Below, piece after piece: positions 51,374-64,000 of a stretch of DNA of 64,000 nucleotides (positions are counted from its first letter, which is position 1; each line of letters starts with the position of its first letter). Source of the stretch: Amoebidium appalachense (taxonomy: Eukaryota > Protista > Ichthyosporea); assembly GCA_963693365.1 (NCBI GenBank), contig CAVNZM010000001.1, positions 9,316,907 to 9,380,906 on the forward strand, given 5' to 3'. The notes beneath the pieces are model-generated. The model worked only from the letters and a program-made list of their open reading frames with translations. It searched no databases and was not told the origin of the DNA. A program made the position numbers and the translations under genes.

Positions 51374-54281
51374 TTAAGAGGACTTGGCAACGACCTTCTT
51401 GGCAAAAGTGCCTGCAGGGGGGGGGGGGGAGAAGGGTCAGTTGTCTGCTTAGGAAACGTAAAACCTGATCGGAAACAAAACACGAACTCCCACCCACGCC
51501 CACACACATACGCCATCAAGCCGCACACACACCCACGCCCACACATACTGCTCAAGAACAACCATCACAGAAACCACAACCACAATGGAAAGCGAGCAAG
51601 AGGGAAGGGGGGAAAAAAGGTAACATCCATAAACCAGGTACCACCGAGACACAAAACCAAACTCAGAGACATCGGCACAACGCAGATCCAAGAAAACTCC
51701 AAATTCCCCGGCCATTCACCACCGAATGTCCCACATCCATAAAACACACGATTAAAGAAAGTGCAAGTGTGGGTACAGACAAAGAACATGTGTGAATGCT
51801 TGTGCGAAAACATACACATTGCCCCACGGCATCGCCTCGTGCAGCCAATCCCCCCCCCCCCCTCCCCGCCCGCAGAAATTACATGCAACTCCACCAACAC
51901 AAACGGTTTGCATGCAGAAATCATACAATGTGTTGCCCCTTCTTCTAGCCAAGTGTGTTGCCCTCTCCCCCTCCAAACCAAGAATTCAAACACGGCCACC
52001 TCCCCCCCCCCCCCACAACACTCGTGCACATGCAATATGCCACAGCATCCCCCTTCACCAGCCCCCCCCCCCCCCCCCCCCAAACACACCCATTGTTGTC
52101 CAACCAGCCACCAACGGCAAGCCCACACCAACAACGACCAATCCACTCTCCCTCCTCTTCCACCAACGAATAAAACAAACCTCCCAAACCACATTGAAAT
52201 ATGACCACTATAACTCAGGGTCCAAAATCGTTCCGTGCATTTCGAGGGGTTATCCTGGATGCCGCTCGAACCACCCAGACTCTCGGACTGTGACTTTGCC
52301 GCTTCATTTCACCCCATACCACCATGTAATCCCTCGGTATGGTAATTTGCAAAACGCCCACACACTCCCTTCCAAGCCCCAATCTAATAGTTCTGCCCCC
52401 CATCGTGTATTTTCCCTCGCATAACGCCGAAAAAGGATATCTTTGGGAGAACGGATATCAGGTTTCCCGACTGCTTTCTTTCCTTTCCCCCAACGATCCT
52501 TCAAAAACATCCGACGAGTCATCGCATTTCACCCCGAAAATCTGCTCAGACTGGAGAGCCTGTCCATGAAACGTGGAATCGGCCACCACTTTACTTCCAA
52601 CCAACTATCCTCACCCGACAAAACTAAGGTCTGCTCCACGATTGACAGTGAGTCATAATCAATCATCACATTCATAATCCCTACACATCACATCGCCTTT
52701 CGCTACTCCTGAGAAGCCTTACAGCACCACCAGAGACCCCTGGCGACCTCGAACGAGTAGAATAGTTGTGTTCTTTAATCCTGGCCGATCGACGTTCTAA
52801 TCTGTAGTAAACCCTGTACCCGAGCCATTCAAGCCTAACACAGCCGCCCGACGTCGAAACATAACCTGCCAAAACCCCTTCCTGCAATCCGTCCATTCCA
52901 TACCCTGCTCGTGCACCGTCATTCATTCGCCGACCTGCAACAGCAAACACCAGCCACACAGGCATGACAAACAAGCACAACATTATCACATACCCTCGCG
53001 GAAACCGTTCTTGAAGCGGCGGTGGACTGAGCGAAGGTGGGCCATGCGGCCGGTGCCGGTAGTCTTGCGGCGGATGGCCTTCTGGCCCCACTGGTAGGTG
53101 CGCTTACGGGCAGACGGGTAGCCGCAGGCAGCGCATGTCGACTTCTGGATGTGGTACGAGCGCTTGCCACAACGGATGCACAGAGTGTGCGTCTTGTTGT
53201 GGCGCTTTCCGAAACTGGACGTACCCTTCGTCTGCACGCAGAGAGATGGGGAAAGTCAGGAAAGGGATGTGAAACTCAGAATGAGAATGTCGGGGATATG
53301 TGCTCATCGACAACACCTGTGTCTAGAGGTGTAAATTGGTGCATGCATAGGTGTAGCTAGGTGTGGGTTGTGTGTGCTGGTGTGTGTATGTGCACAGTAA
53401 GCTGCTGTTATGCGGTTCGTCGATGCCTGTAGGTGTCTGAATTGCGATTTGGCTTCTGGTGTTTGTGCCCCTTTACATGGCTTCCCTGCGTGTGACGGTG
53501 TATGTACTTACTGTTGTGTTAACAGGTGTATACAGCTCTACGTGCCTGTGCGTGTGCATGCATGTGTGTCCCTGTGGTGTTGTGAGTGTGTGCGTCCGTC
53601 TGCCTGTGCGGCTGGGAAACTAAAAAGTCTTAAACTTGCCGTCCCGAAAGATGCTTTTACCACACCCAGCTAACGTCTACAGGCCGTTGTCGCCGTATTT
53701 GCAGGCCATAACCATAATAGATGAAGTCCTTCGATCTTCAAAAGCTAACCGGTTGGAGCTGACTATTAATTCTGTTAGTTCTGATTGATTTAAACAACTT
53801 CAGCCATGTATTTGATTGTAGGGTTTGCCCACGTATGGGTCCTTATGAATCATGATACCGCTGATGTGCCTGAACAAAATAGATCCACCGTCATTGATGA
53901 CAACGAATCCCTGTTGAAAAAAAGCTGGAGCTGTGCTGTGTCGGCCAGACTTTGGCAAAAAAAAAATGCTGGATTGTCCTTTGTGCAAAGTGTAATAGTC
54001 GGCGCTTTATAAAAAATACAAGCATAAAATATAAATAAAATTATCTGCTGGTACGAAGTGAGCCTCGACATGAACATCACATGTAACCATCAATCAAGTA
54101 CACCTATCTCTCCCTCCAACTTCGGTCATCCGCATCACTCCACCGCCGTCCAACTCCGTCCTCCTGCATCCACCACTCCCTCGTCATGTCTTTCCACGTC
54201 TCCCCGTGCGTCCTTCATCCTACACACAGCGCGGATTCACTACGGATACAAACGGATGGGTTGGATTCTCGTTCGTACCAT
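51374..54281 (-). CDS. RPL37: 60S ribosomal protein eL37, 3 coding exons, 92 aa
   Basis: ATG|gtacga at 54281-54279; exon 53231-52994 encodes [22 protein letters not shown]...CAACGYP...RFKNGFRE (C2-C2 zinc finger); exon 51411-51374 encodes [12 protein letters not shown]. Splice phases are consistent. Confidence 0.96.
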
Positions 54282-54302
54282 GGCTGCGTTTTCGGTCGGA
54301 CC

Positions 54303-54321
54303 CGAGAAGAGAGAGAGAGAT
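54303..54321 (-). promoter_or_regulatory. Pyrimidine tract just upstream of the RPL37 ATG (5'TOP/TCT-like start region)
   Basis: The minus strand reads TCTCTCTCTCTTCTC about 25 nt before the ATG. Ribosomal protein mRNAs often begin in such tracts. The TSS is not demonstrated. Confidence 0.4.
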
Positions 54322-55847
54322 TGCCTGTGTGTCGCCTTTGTGCACACGGCAGCACAGGGCGAGCAGCCGCAGCGGCCGCGGAACGGCCGGGGCCGGCGCG
54401 AAAGGAGGGTCACGTGACAGGCACGGATCTATTGATTTTATTGGGACTTGCGCAAGTTAGGCGTAAGGGGATAAAATAGACCATTGGGGGGGTTTGTCAT
54501 CTGGGGGGTGTTACGTAACATTACGTCACTCCAGCCTCGTAAAAAGCTGTTTTTTTCTGATCTGAAAGTTTCCCTTACTAAGTTGTTGTAGCCTCTAGCT
54601 GGAGTATAGTCCACGTACGCAAAAGAGGGAGAAAAATAACGGAGAATAGTGAAATACCGAACTGACACAGGAGACGTGGGAGCTAGAGGCGCGAAAAACG
54701 CGAGGTCTTGCTCGGAGAAGCATTAGTGGAGTGAGGGTTTAAACGACTCACGATCTCGAGGGTCACTTATTCTTTGTAACCCTCACAGAACCCTCCTTCT
54801 TTTCTTTCGGAAAAATCGTGATTTGATAGCAAGGATGAAATATTGATTCTCCAAGATCTGCGCGCCAGGTTACACAGAATGCAATTGTTTTCGACGCTGC
54901 TGTCGTGAAGTGCTTTCTCTTTCAGTTATGCTTTGTCTGGCCCACAAGGCCACACAGCTGTCTCCGCTTCGCAGATTATTACTTTCCGGTACGCACCTGT
55001 CTCCCTCTTTTTTTTACGCACTTTCAATTCCACATTCTCCTGCTGCTCTCCCTCCCTTTGCTACCCACTTCACTTCCCCATTCTCCTGCTGCCCATCTCC
55101 ACAAATACTAAACGCTCAACCCTTTCCCACCTCATTTATCAACTGTTAAAAAAAAAACCATCGCATCTAGCAACCAATGCTCTGCCATCTAACCTCTTCC
55201 GTGGATCACGTAGCTCTATAGGCCTTCTCATTCCTCCACTCTCACCCCTTAATCAATGTTTACCCACTCCAGTCACATAACGTAGCTTTGCCTTTTTTTC
55301 ACTTTGGCCCATTCTGTCCAATTTTCCCAATATATACGCCGCCCTCCTCCCCCTCCCCCCCCCCCCCCCCCCGCCACGCACACGCCTCAATTCCCAGGTT
55401 TCACACACACACACACACATGCACACACGTATACTCGCACCAAAAAATATAAACTGACATACGCGCACGCTCAGTCATGCATGCATACACGCAAAACAAT
55501 AACTGCGCATGCCCGTGCCCATGTGCACGGTCACCTGGATGCACACCCGCACGCACCACACTCATTAATAGGCACACATTTCTACACAACACCCGTAGAT
55601 ACCCCTGCTAGCATGCTAACCCATCCCACCCGACCACACACATCACACACAAGCACTATCACTTGACCCCAAAAACCACCCCACTTAACCCCGAACCCAC
55701 CCCCACCCCCCACCCCCTCCCCACACACACACACTCCCAGCTTATTCCACTATCAGATTCACCGGTTTCCCTCTCCCCTCCACCCCTCTCCATCTAAATC
55801 ACCCCCGGTCACCTACCCTACCCTTATACTTCCATTCCCTTTACCAG

Positions 55848-55887
<40 letters not shown>

Positions 55888-55997
55888 TCCCCCACCTTTC
55901 CCCCCGTTAATGTAACCTTTCTTTTCTTTATTCTACAGAAAGCAACAGGTATTATTCAACCGCCTCAAAAAAGAGTCGTCGGCGGAACCGTAGAAAA

Positions 55998-56099
55998 ATG
56001 AGTGCAAACGATGAATTTGACTACCTGATGGTTTTGGATTTCGAGGCAGTCTGTTTTCCAGACGGAGAGCCAAAACCAAAGCCACAGGTGAGAACCAGC

Positions 56100-56131
<32 letters not shown>

Positions 56132-56174
56132 CCCCCCCTCCAAACACCCCCGCCCCCTAAACCCCCCTCCCTCC

Positions 56175-56212
<38 letters not shown>

Positions 56213-56373
56213 CAAAACCCCTCCCCCCTTTCTGGGTCAGCCACACGGCAGCATACAGATGCACATACGTGATCCTCTCCCTAGCGTCCGAGTTTTTCTT
56301 TTACACGTGCTCGATCTAACATTAACATTTATGCAATGCTACAAACACTTGTTCACTACCCAACCCACTTGCA

Positions 56374-56415
<42 letters not shown>

Positions 56416-57445
56416 GAGGGGGGGGGGGGGGGGGGGGAGGGGAGGAAGGGGGAAAGGGCCGGGGGGAAGAAGGCTCGGAAGGTATATTGAATATTACTTT
56501 AACTGTGGTATAGTGGATACAATCTCCCATAATCCTCCAATAACCCTCCATAACCCTCCCCTTGTTGGTTTTCCCTTTCTTTTCTTTGTTTCTCCCGTTA
56601 AATCTCTTCATTTATCTATATCATGTGCTTTCTAATACACCATTTAGTCTTTTGAGCTTTCTTCGTCTTCTTTTCGTTTCTTTCCTTTTTTTTTCTTTTC
56701 TCTTTTTTTTTTTGTGTGTGTGTGTCTGTGTTTGTGTGTGTGTGTGTGGGTGGTGGTGGTGGGTGGCTTGGGGAGGGGGATGAGGGAGAAGGGGAAGGTT
56801 GGGGGGAGGGGTGGGGGAGGGGGTGGGGTGGGGTGGGTGGGGGAGGGGGGGGGGGGGGTGGTTGTGGTGGTTAGAAACCAGATTTCAAGGGCAACTTCGA
56901 CATCAGTGGGCGATGGTGGTATGTAAACATGCTAAGTGGGCTGAGGAAAAGAAGTGTGCCAAGTGTAGTAAGTATTTAGGAAAAAAGAGCAGGGCCAGTC
57001 GCTTATGACTAGGCAAATTGCTGAGAGCCTGTGATGATAAAATAGGTACAATAAAATAAATCATAAAACAATTGTCGGGTTTGCATTGCAAATGTGGCAA
57101 GTATGGTGCCAGTTTTAAGAGTGTTCAAGGAGAAATACCGTCGATTGTGCCGGCAGAATAGCAGATAACACATAGCAAAGCTGGACCCTTTCTTTAAGCA
57201 AAATTCATTATAAAGATACCCCAACAATCTGCTTGAAGTGGGCTTATTTATGCACTTTCTGGCTAGGCCTACTACACCATGCCCACTGGAGTCCTCGGGC
57301 TCAAATCCCGTTTTGATGCGTGGGCATGAGCAACACACACACTAAGGTACACGGGCACACCCACCCACCCACCCTTCCCCCCCTCAACCCACCCCCCCGC
57401 AAACACACACACACACACACACACACACCCACTCACTCACCTTCT

Positions 57446-57492
<47 letters not shown>

Positions 57493-57678
57493 ACCACACA
57501 CACACACACACACACACAGGAGATAATCGAATGGCCCACACTAGCCCTCAACCTCAAGACACTCTCTGTGGAGCAAACCTTCCACGTGTACATCAAACCC
57601 CAGGTTTATCCAACCCTCACTCCTTTCTGCACAGAACTTACCGGTAGATACCTCCCCCCGCCCTTCCCGTCCAATCCC

Positions 57679-57718
<40 letters not shown>

Positions 57719-58584
57719 CCCCCCCCTCCCCACCCCCGCCCCCCGCATGCCCCATGCCCCCCCCCCTCCCCCAAATCTCCTTCCACATGCAGACAAGCAC
57801 ACACTTCCTCCCGCCCCCTCCTCCCCGCCATCTTCCTTGGCGTCGGAGGAAGGGTTCTCCTTATGTCGCCGCCTACTACGCACATTGTTGATGTTACATA
57901 CTTGAATGTTTGCCATTGCATGTGTTCTGCACCATGCTTTTTATCATGCAGTTGTACATCGTGCCGTGTTCAGCATTCTAGCCCCACCCCACCCCCATCC
58001 TGTCTTGGGGAATGGATGCCTAACAAATAGCCTCCCCCCGCCCCCCTCCCTCCCCCCCCCCCCCCCCCCCCCCCCCCCAAAAAAAAATAAAAAAAAATAA
58101 AATAAAAATAAATAAATAAAAAAAAAGGGGGGGGGGGGGGAGAGGGGAGAAATGGAAAAAAAGAAAGCAAAAGGAAGGGACGTAAAAAAGAAAATAGGTT
58201 AGAAAAGAAAAAACTTCACAGGGGGAGAAAAAAAGTTTCAAGGCCTGTTGACCATCTCCATCTCAGGAATCACACAAGAGACAGTTGATTCGGGGTCCAC
58301 CTTCCCAGATGCATTTCAACAACACCTCAAGTGGTTGCAGGCTAACGGCTGGTCGGAAGGTGATTATAATCCCCCCCCCCCCCCCCCCCCCCCAACAAAA
58401 AAAAAAAAAAGAATAAAAAAGGTGTCTTCTGCCTGCACTTTTGTGTTTATCCTATTTGATGGTTCGATTTCGGGTTTTTTATATTTTTGTGATGTTTTAT
58501 ATTTTGCCCTTTGGTGTCTCCTGCATATTTCTGACAGTCTAATGCATACATCATCCCCCCCCCCCCCCCCCCCCCCCCCCCCCA

Positions 58585-58619
<35 letters not shown>

Positions 58620-59329
58620 CACCACCAACTCCATTAATGATATAGATGACTAAGTCGTCGTTTTTCGATGGCACACTTTGTATGGGGATACCTAAAAAGG
58701 ATTATCATATACGGGAAAACCTATCGATGGGCACGGTTACACCAGAGTTCGCTGGGCGGGCAGACTTAGTATCGTAGCTCATGATTTTCATGTTGACGTC
58801 ATACTAACGTCACAGCACGACGTAAATATGGCTGCACACCGCAAAATGCCGGTGTAAACCTTAGCAATAATACAAAAACATGAATGGGAAGGGGGGTGAG
58901 GGCTGAGGGGGTGGGGAGGGGAGGGGGGTGGGGGTGGGCACGCTTTCCCTGTCCGTCATATCCACACGCACACGCGCCCGTGCGCGCACACACACACACA
59001 CGTACACAAGCAGGCACGCACACACGTACGCACACACGCGCGTGCCTACACACACACACACGCCCACACACACACACACACACACGCGCGCGCGCGCACA
59101 CACACACACACACGCACACGCATGCACACACACACACACGTGCACACACACACACATGTGTGCGCGCGCATGCACACACGCGCACACCCTGCATACATCT
59201 AACACCTGTCCCTCCCCCCCTCCCCCCCCCCCCCTCCCCCCGTTTTTTTTCCCATTTGGGGTCTTCCCCCCTCCCCCCACCCTCCCCCCCCCCCCCCTCC
59301 CCCCCTCCCCCCCTCCCCCCCCCCCCCCC

Positions 59330-59377
<48 letters not shown>

Positions 59378-60563
59378 GCACTTTCTCAATCTTCTTCTCT
59401 CCCTCTTATTCTTCTTCTGCCTCCCTTCTCTTTTCTTTTTTTTTTTTCCCCTTTGCCTTTTTCTTTTCTTTCTCCCTATTTCTCTTCTTTTCGGTTTTTT
59501 TCCTGTTCTTTTCTTTTCTTTTCTTTTTTCTCTGTTCTTTCTTTTCTACCTTTCCTGCTGCAGCCAAACCACAAAGATGGGCCTATGTGACGTGTGGTGA
59601 TTGGGACCTTGCCCAGTGTTTGCCAGCAAATTGCAACCACCACAAACTGAGTAGGGTCAAGCTTCCCCCCTCCTCCCCCCCCTCCCCCCCCCCCTCCCCC
59701 CCCCCCCCCCCCCCCCACACACAAAAAATAAATAAAACAAAATTAAAATAAACAAACAAATAAATAAAACATTTAAATAAATATATATACGGTATAAATA
59801 AATAAACTGATAAACAATGATAGAAACAATAAAAATGCCAATGCCAATGGATAAAGAATATAGAACAATAAAAAAAGTAGGAATATGATAAATGAATAAG
59901 TAGGGAAGTAGACTAATATATAAACAATATATAATTAGGGAGTCAAATTAAGGAAAACTTCCCCATTCCCTCTCCATCTCCCTCTCCCTCTCCCTCTCCC
60001 TTCCCCCCCCCCCCCCCCCCCCCCCCCCCCTTCCTCCCCCTCCCGCTCCCCTCCCCCCTCCTTCCTTTCCCCCTTTTTTTTCTTGTCGGCCTTGTCATTG
60101 CTAATGGCAGTGTCAATACCAACAATATACTAGAAAATATGGCTGATGAAAAGCTAGTTACCAAGTACAAAAAAAAAAAAAAAAAAAGTTACTTACCAAG
60201 TACAAAAAAATTAATGCGCTTAGGGAAACCAGGCCACTGCCCATTGCTGACGTTTGCACTGACGTTAATGTTATCGACGTCATATTTACGTCACAGAGAG
60301 AAAATGTCGACATACACTTTACCACCTCCCTCCCTCCCCCATATTTAATCCAGCTCGTCTCGACTCAAGACAAGTGACCCACCCATGCTAAAGTGAAACA
60401 GTATCCGAGTTGGGTTTTGTATACGGGGTGAATGGATCAAAACTCGGGTATTGTGGATGACTTGGGCCCCCACCCCAGAGGACGGGTTCTGCTTAAGATC
60501 AATACTTTCACTCTGCATTATGATTTCCGTTATGAATGCCCATTTTCACTAAGAAACACATTC

Positions 60564-60608
<45 letters not shown>

Positions 60609-61495
60609 AGTTGCTCCCGTTGCCATGCGTCAATGGGTCAATCTCAAGAAAGTCTTTGAATCTGTTACAGGCACAAAGCCACCAGGTCTAGCCCCCCCCC
60701 CCCCCCCCCCCCCTCCCCCCCCCGGTGCCCCTCCCCTCCTTCCTGCACACAAACACAACTATATTACCATCTTCTTTCACCATGCCCACCTTGGTTCTTC
60801 TATTGAACCTCGTTTATCCCCTTAACCCCTCCCCCTAGCCTGCCCCCCTCTCCTCCCCCTCCTTTCCCTGCACGCCAGGTCAAAGATTTGAAACCCATTC
60901 TTTTGTGGACGCATGTGAACCCTTTGAGGGGGGAGGAGGGGGGGGGGGGGGGGGAGGGGGGGGGAGGGGGGAGGGGGTTGCATTTTTTTTGACTTTTTTG
61001 TTTTATCACGATGTCTCCGCTTCCACGATTCATACCCTCTATTGCATACATCACCCTCTTCCCCCCCCCCCCCATCCCCTCTTGCCTCCCTCCTCCCCCT
61101 CTTTCTCACTCTCCTTCCCACCCCCATTATTCCTACGTCCCAATGCTTATTTCTCTCCCCTTATACCAACTAAACCGTGCACCCACGTGTACTGACATGT
61201 GTGTGTGCACGTGCAGGCATGGTGTCCATGTTGCAGGATTTGGGGTTGGAGATGAAGGGGAGACACCACTCGGGGATAGACGACTGTACGGTGAGGGGGG
61301 GGGTGAGGGGGGGGTTGAGGGGCACATGCATGAATGCAGATAGATGCGCACGTACACACACACACACGTACACATACGGAGCACACATGTACACATTAAG
61401 CTAGACGCCCATCCGCCAACACGCGCACACATGCACACGCACACGCACATGAACCCGAACACGCACACGCACACGTGCACACGCATGCACACCTA

Positions 61496-61568
<73 letters not shown>

Positions 61569-61932
61569 GCTAATAGACACATGTGTGCGCGGGCAACACG
61601 CACACCACTCTTCATTGTATACACACATTCACCAACTTATACACACACACACACACCGCTATATACCCGCAGGTAGAAACAGAGACACACACACAGAGCG
61701 ACATACCCACCCATGCTCAAAAACCCACACACGTGCAAGCACACACACGTCTGCATGCGCATTACTATCCAAGTGCATTCGTGCATACGTGTAAACACAT
61801 CCGCACGGTGTCGTTCGTGGGTGAATTTTGGGCTTATTTCTATTATTTGTAGTATGTTCGCAATCTAACCCTGCTTATCTCCGTACCTCCCTCTAGATGC
61901 ATGCACACACACGCACCACACACACACACGTA

Positions 61933-61980
<48 letters not shown>

Positions 61981-62098
61981 AACATAGCGCAGATAGTGGT
62001 AGCACTTATTCAGAAAGGTGCCGTGTTTGACCGTTCAATGCTGAGACATTCAAAGCCATTGCCGAGGGACTTTGACCCAACAGACTGGACGGTATTGA

Positions 62099-62158
<60 letters not shown>

Positions 62159-62706
62159 ATCAAAACACAATGCTCCACACACACACGCCTACACACGGGT
62201 ATACACATGCATGCAATTGCACACACATGGGCGCGAACGCGGATACACGTACACACACACACACGCACACACACACAAATGCACACACACACACACACAC
62301 ACGCACATACCCTTAAACACACGTGTACACACAGACACCGCCCCATTCTCCATCCCCTACTCCCCCCCCACCCCCCCCTCCTCCCCTCGTCCCCTCCTCC
62401 CCTCCTCCCCCCCCTCCCCCCCCCCAAAAAAAAACAACAAAAAAAAAACAACTCTGATGACCCACTCATGTGCAAACGTAGAGGTGTCTTAAGTTGCAAT
62501 ATGGTAACATAGATTCTCATGGGCGCACACATGCACACATGCTGCACATACCCACATACACATACAGACATGAACACACTCGCATACAAGCACAAACACA
62601 CGTTCATCCATGCACGTATGCACCCACAAACAGGCGCACACACATACACACACAGACAGGGGCAAGACAAACATACACACAGACTGACGCAGGACAAACA
62701 CACACA

Positions 62707-62762
<56 letters not shown>

Positions 62763-62854
62763 GCCCCACCGCCCTCTGCTCTGAGGTAAACTCACCCTAC
62801 CGAATGGAATGCGCATCATGTGCCTGTCCGAGATTCCACCGAGAGAGAGTGTAA
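55998..62854 (+). CDS. ERI1-family (ERI1/ERI3-like) DEDDh 3'-5' exoribonuclease with C-terminal RanBP2-type zinc finger, 8 exons, 248 aa
   Basis: Exons 55998-56087, 57520-57643, 58267-58359, 59564-59650, 60611-60685, 61217-61290, 61981-62091, 62762-62854, all GT-AG and in phase. Motifs: [65 protein letters not shown], then [27 protein letters not shown]. Confidence 0.93.
56904..57288. mobile_element. Candidate MITE (~385 bp) in the first intron of the ERI-family gene
   Basis: Imperfect terminal inverted repeats CAGTGGGC(G)ATGGTG(G)TA and TACACCATGCCCACTG around microsatellite-free sequence; no TSD seen. Confidence 0.4.
58421..58552. repeat. Dispersed repeat family C copy (opposite orientation)
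   Basis: Reverse complement GATGTATGCATTAGACTGTCAGAAATATGCAGGAGACACCAAAGG...AGTGCAGGCAGAAGAC aligns with 15024-15136. Confidence 0.8.
60363..60525. repeat. Dispersed repeat family B copy (opposite orientation)
   Basis: ACCCACCCATGCTAAAGTGAAACAGTATCCGAG...GGTGAATGGATCAAAACTCGGGTATTGTGGATG is the reverse complement of the family B core. Confidence 0.8.
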
Positions 62855-63020
62855 CTCCCCCTCCCCTCCCCCCCCCCCATCTCCCCCCTCCCGGTACCAC
62901 CTCTTTCTGCCTGTCCTCCGTGCATTTACACACACATGCTTAGATGACTGTGCCTGTGTGTATGAGCTAGTGTGTTTAGAAAAGTAGTTGGAAGGTTGAC
63001 ACCCCCTTCCCTCCCTCCCT

Positions 63021-63054
<34 letters not shown>

Positions 63055-63577
63055 AAAATACACACGTGTGCACACATACGCACACGGCGACGCATCCATC
63101 CTCCTCGGCGCCGGCATGTACGCATGTACAAATGCGTAAACATATCCCCCCCCACCCCACCCCACCCCCTCCCCCCAACGCACACACACACACCAAAAAA
63201 AAAGTGATCGAAAAGAAAAGGAAAACAAAAGAAACAAATAAAAAATAAAAAACAATACACCGACACCCATAGGCACACACATATATACGTCCGTGTGCAT
63301 CCCTTGATGGATATCTGACACCACCCTCCCACCACAGATCTCTGATGTCGGCTCTGCGGAAGTAATTCACGGAATAGCCTAAAAAGGAAAGGAGCAACTT
63401 ATGCCTATTGGGCAGCAAGAGGGTTTACACTGACGCGTCAAACAGTCCATATGAGGGCTGGGCATGAATTACTGAGCAGTGTGTGCGTAGTTTAATTTGT
63501 TTCTTTCACCCCCCTTTCTTTTTCCCCCTCATCCCTCCCCCCCCCCCCAATCTTCTTCTTCTTCTTTTTTTTTGGGG

Positions 63578-63667
<90 letters not shown>

Positions 63668-64000
63668 CCAAGTTGATAACTGGATGGGCTGAAGTTCATA
63701 TCCACACTGGAAACGAATGATGATTTTATCATATTGCGCACGATCAACTGCTGGCCTGAAACTCTTAGTTAGGGGGGTCGTCTTTGAAATTTCACTTCAT
63801 CTTGCACGGCAGCCACGTCTGTGTGAAATTGTGAATAGACTATTATGTGTGGCAATGCCCGAGAGTTAAATGTATATAATGGGTATCCAATCATTATGGC
63901 ACATTATAATTATAAGCGTGGTGCTTTAATGGCAGTTGTGATATGCGGGGGAAAATTCATTCCGGGTTGCATGATTTGCCTGTACAGATGTACTGTCCGC

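Noticed and set aside
52681-52934. Long alternative C-terminal exon for RPL37 via ttgcag| at 52934
   Set aside because: It would add an atypical tail; exon 51411-51374 gives the expected short basic C-terminus.

Overview
Eukaryotic nuclear DNA, probably from a protist (lineage not assignable from this window). It is very intron-dense, and the introns are packed with (CA)n/(GT)n, (CT)n and 20-50 nt poly-C/poly-G tracts, so nearly all ORF-track entries are repeat artefacts. Manual splicing gives five genes: a 29-exon Codanin-1 (CDAN1) homologue (- strand, 4802-28382); an 18-exon APC/C subunit 4 head-to-head with it (+, 29632-44725); an intronless nitrilase-superfamily amidase (+, 46257-47084); a 3-exon ribosomal protein eL37 (-, 51374-54281); and an 8-exon ERI1-family DEDDh exonuclease with a C-terminal RanBP2-type zinc finger (+, 55998-62854). 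A possible gene end lies at the left edge. Non-coding content includes a SINE-like element with target-site duplications (2 copies), structured dispersed repeats that always lie in one orientation relative to the host gene, a 50-bp perfect-arm foldback, minisatellites and several intronic copies of exon edges. The most notable signals are a strand-polarised splice-site architecture (poly-C after donors, (CA)n-AG acceptors), a duplicated APC4 exon end with only synonymous changes, six ASF1 B-domain-like motifs in CDAN1, and the intronless bacterial-type amidase. Homology calls come from recalled family sequences, not from database searches.
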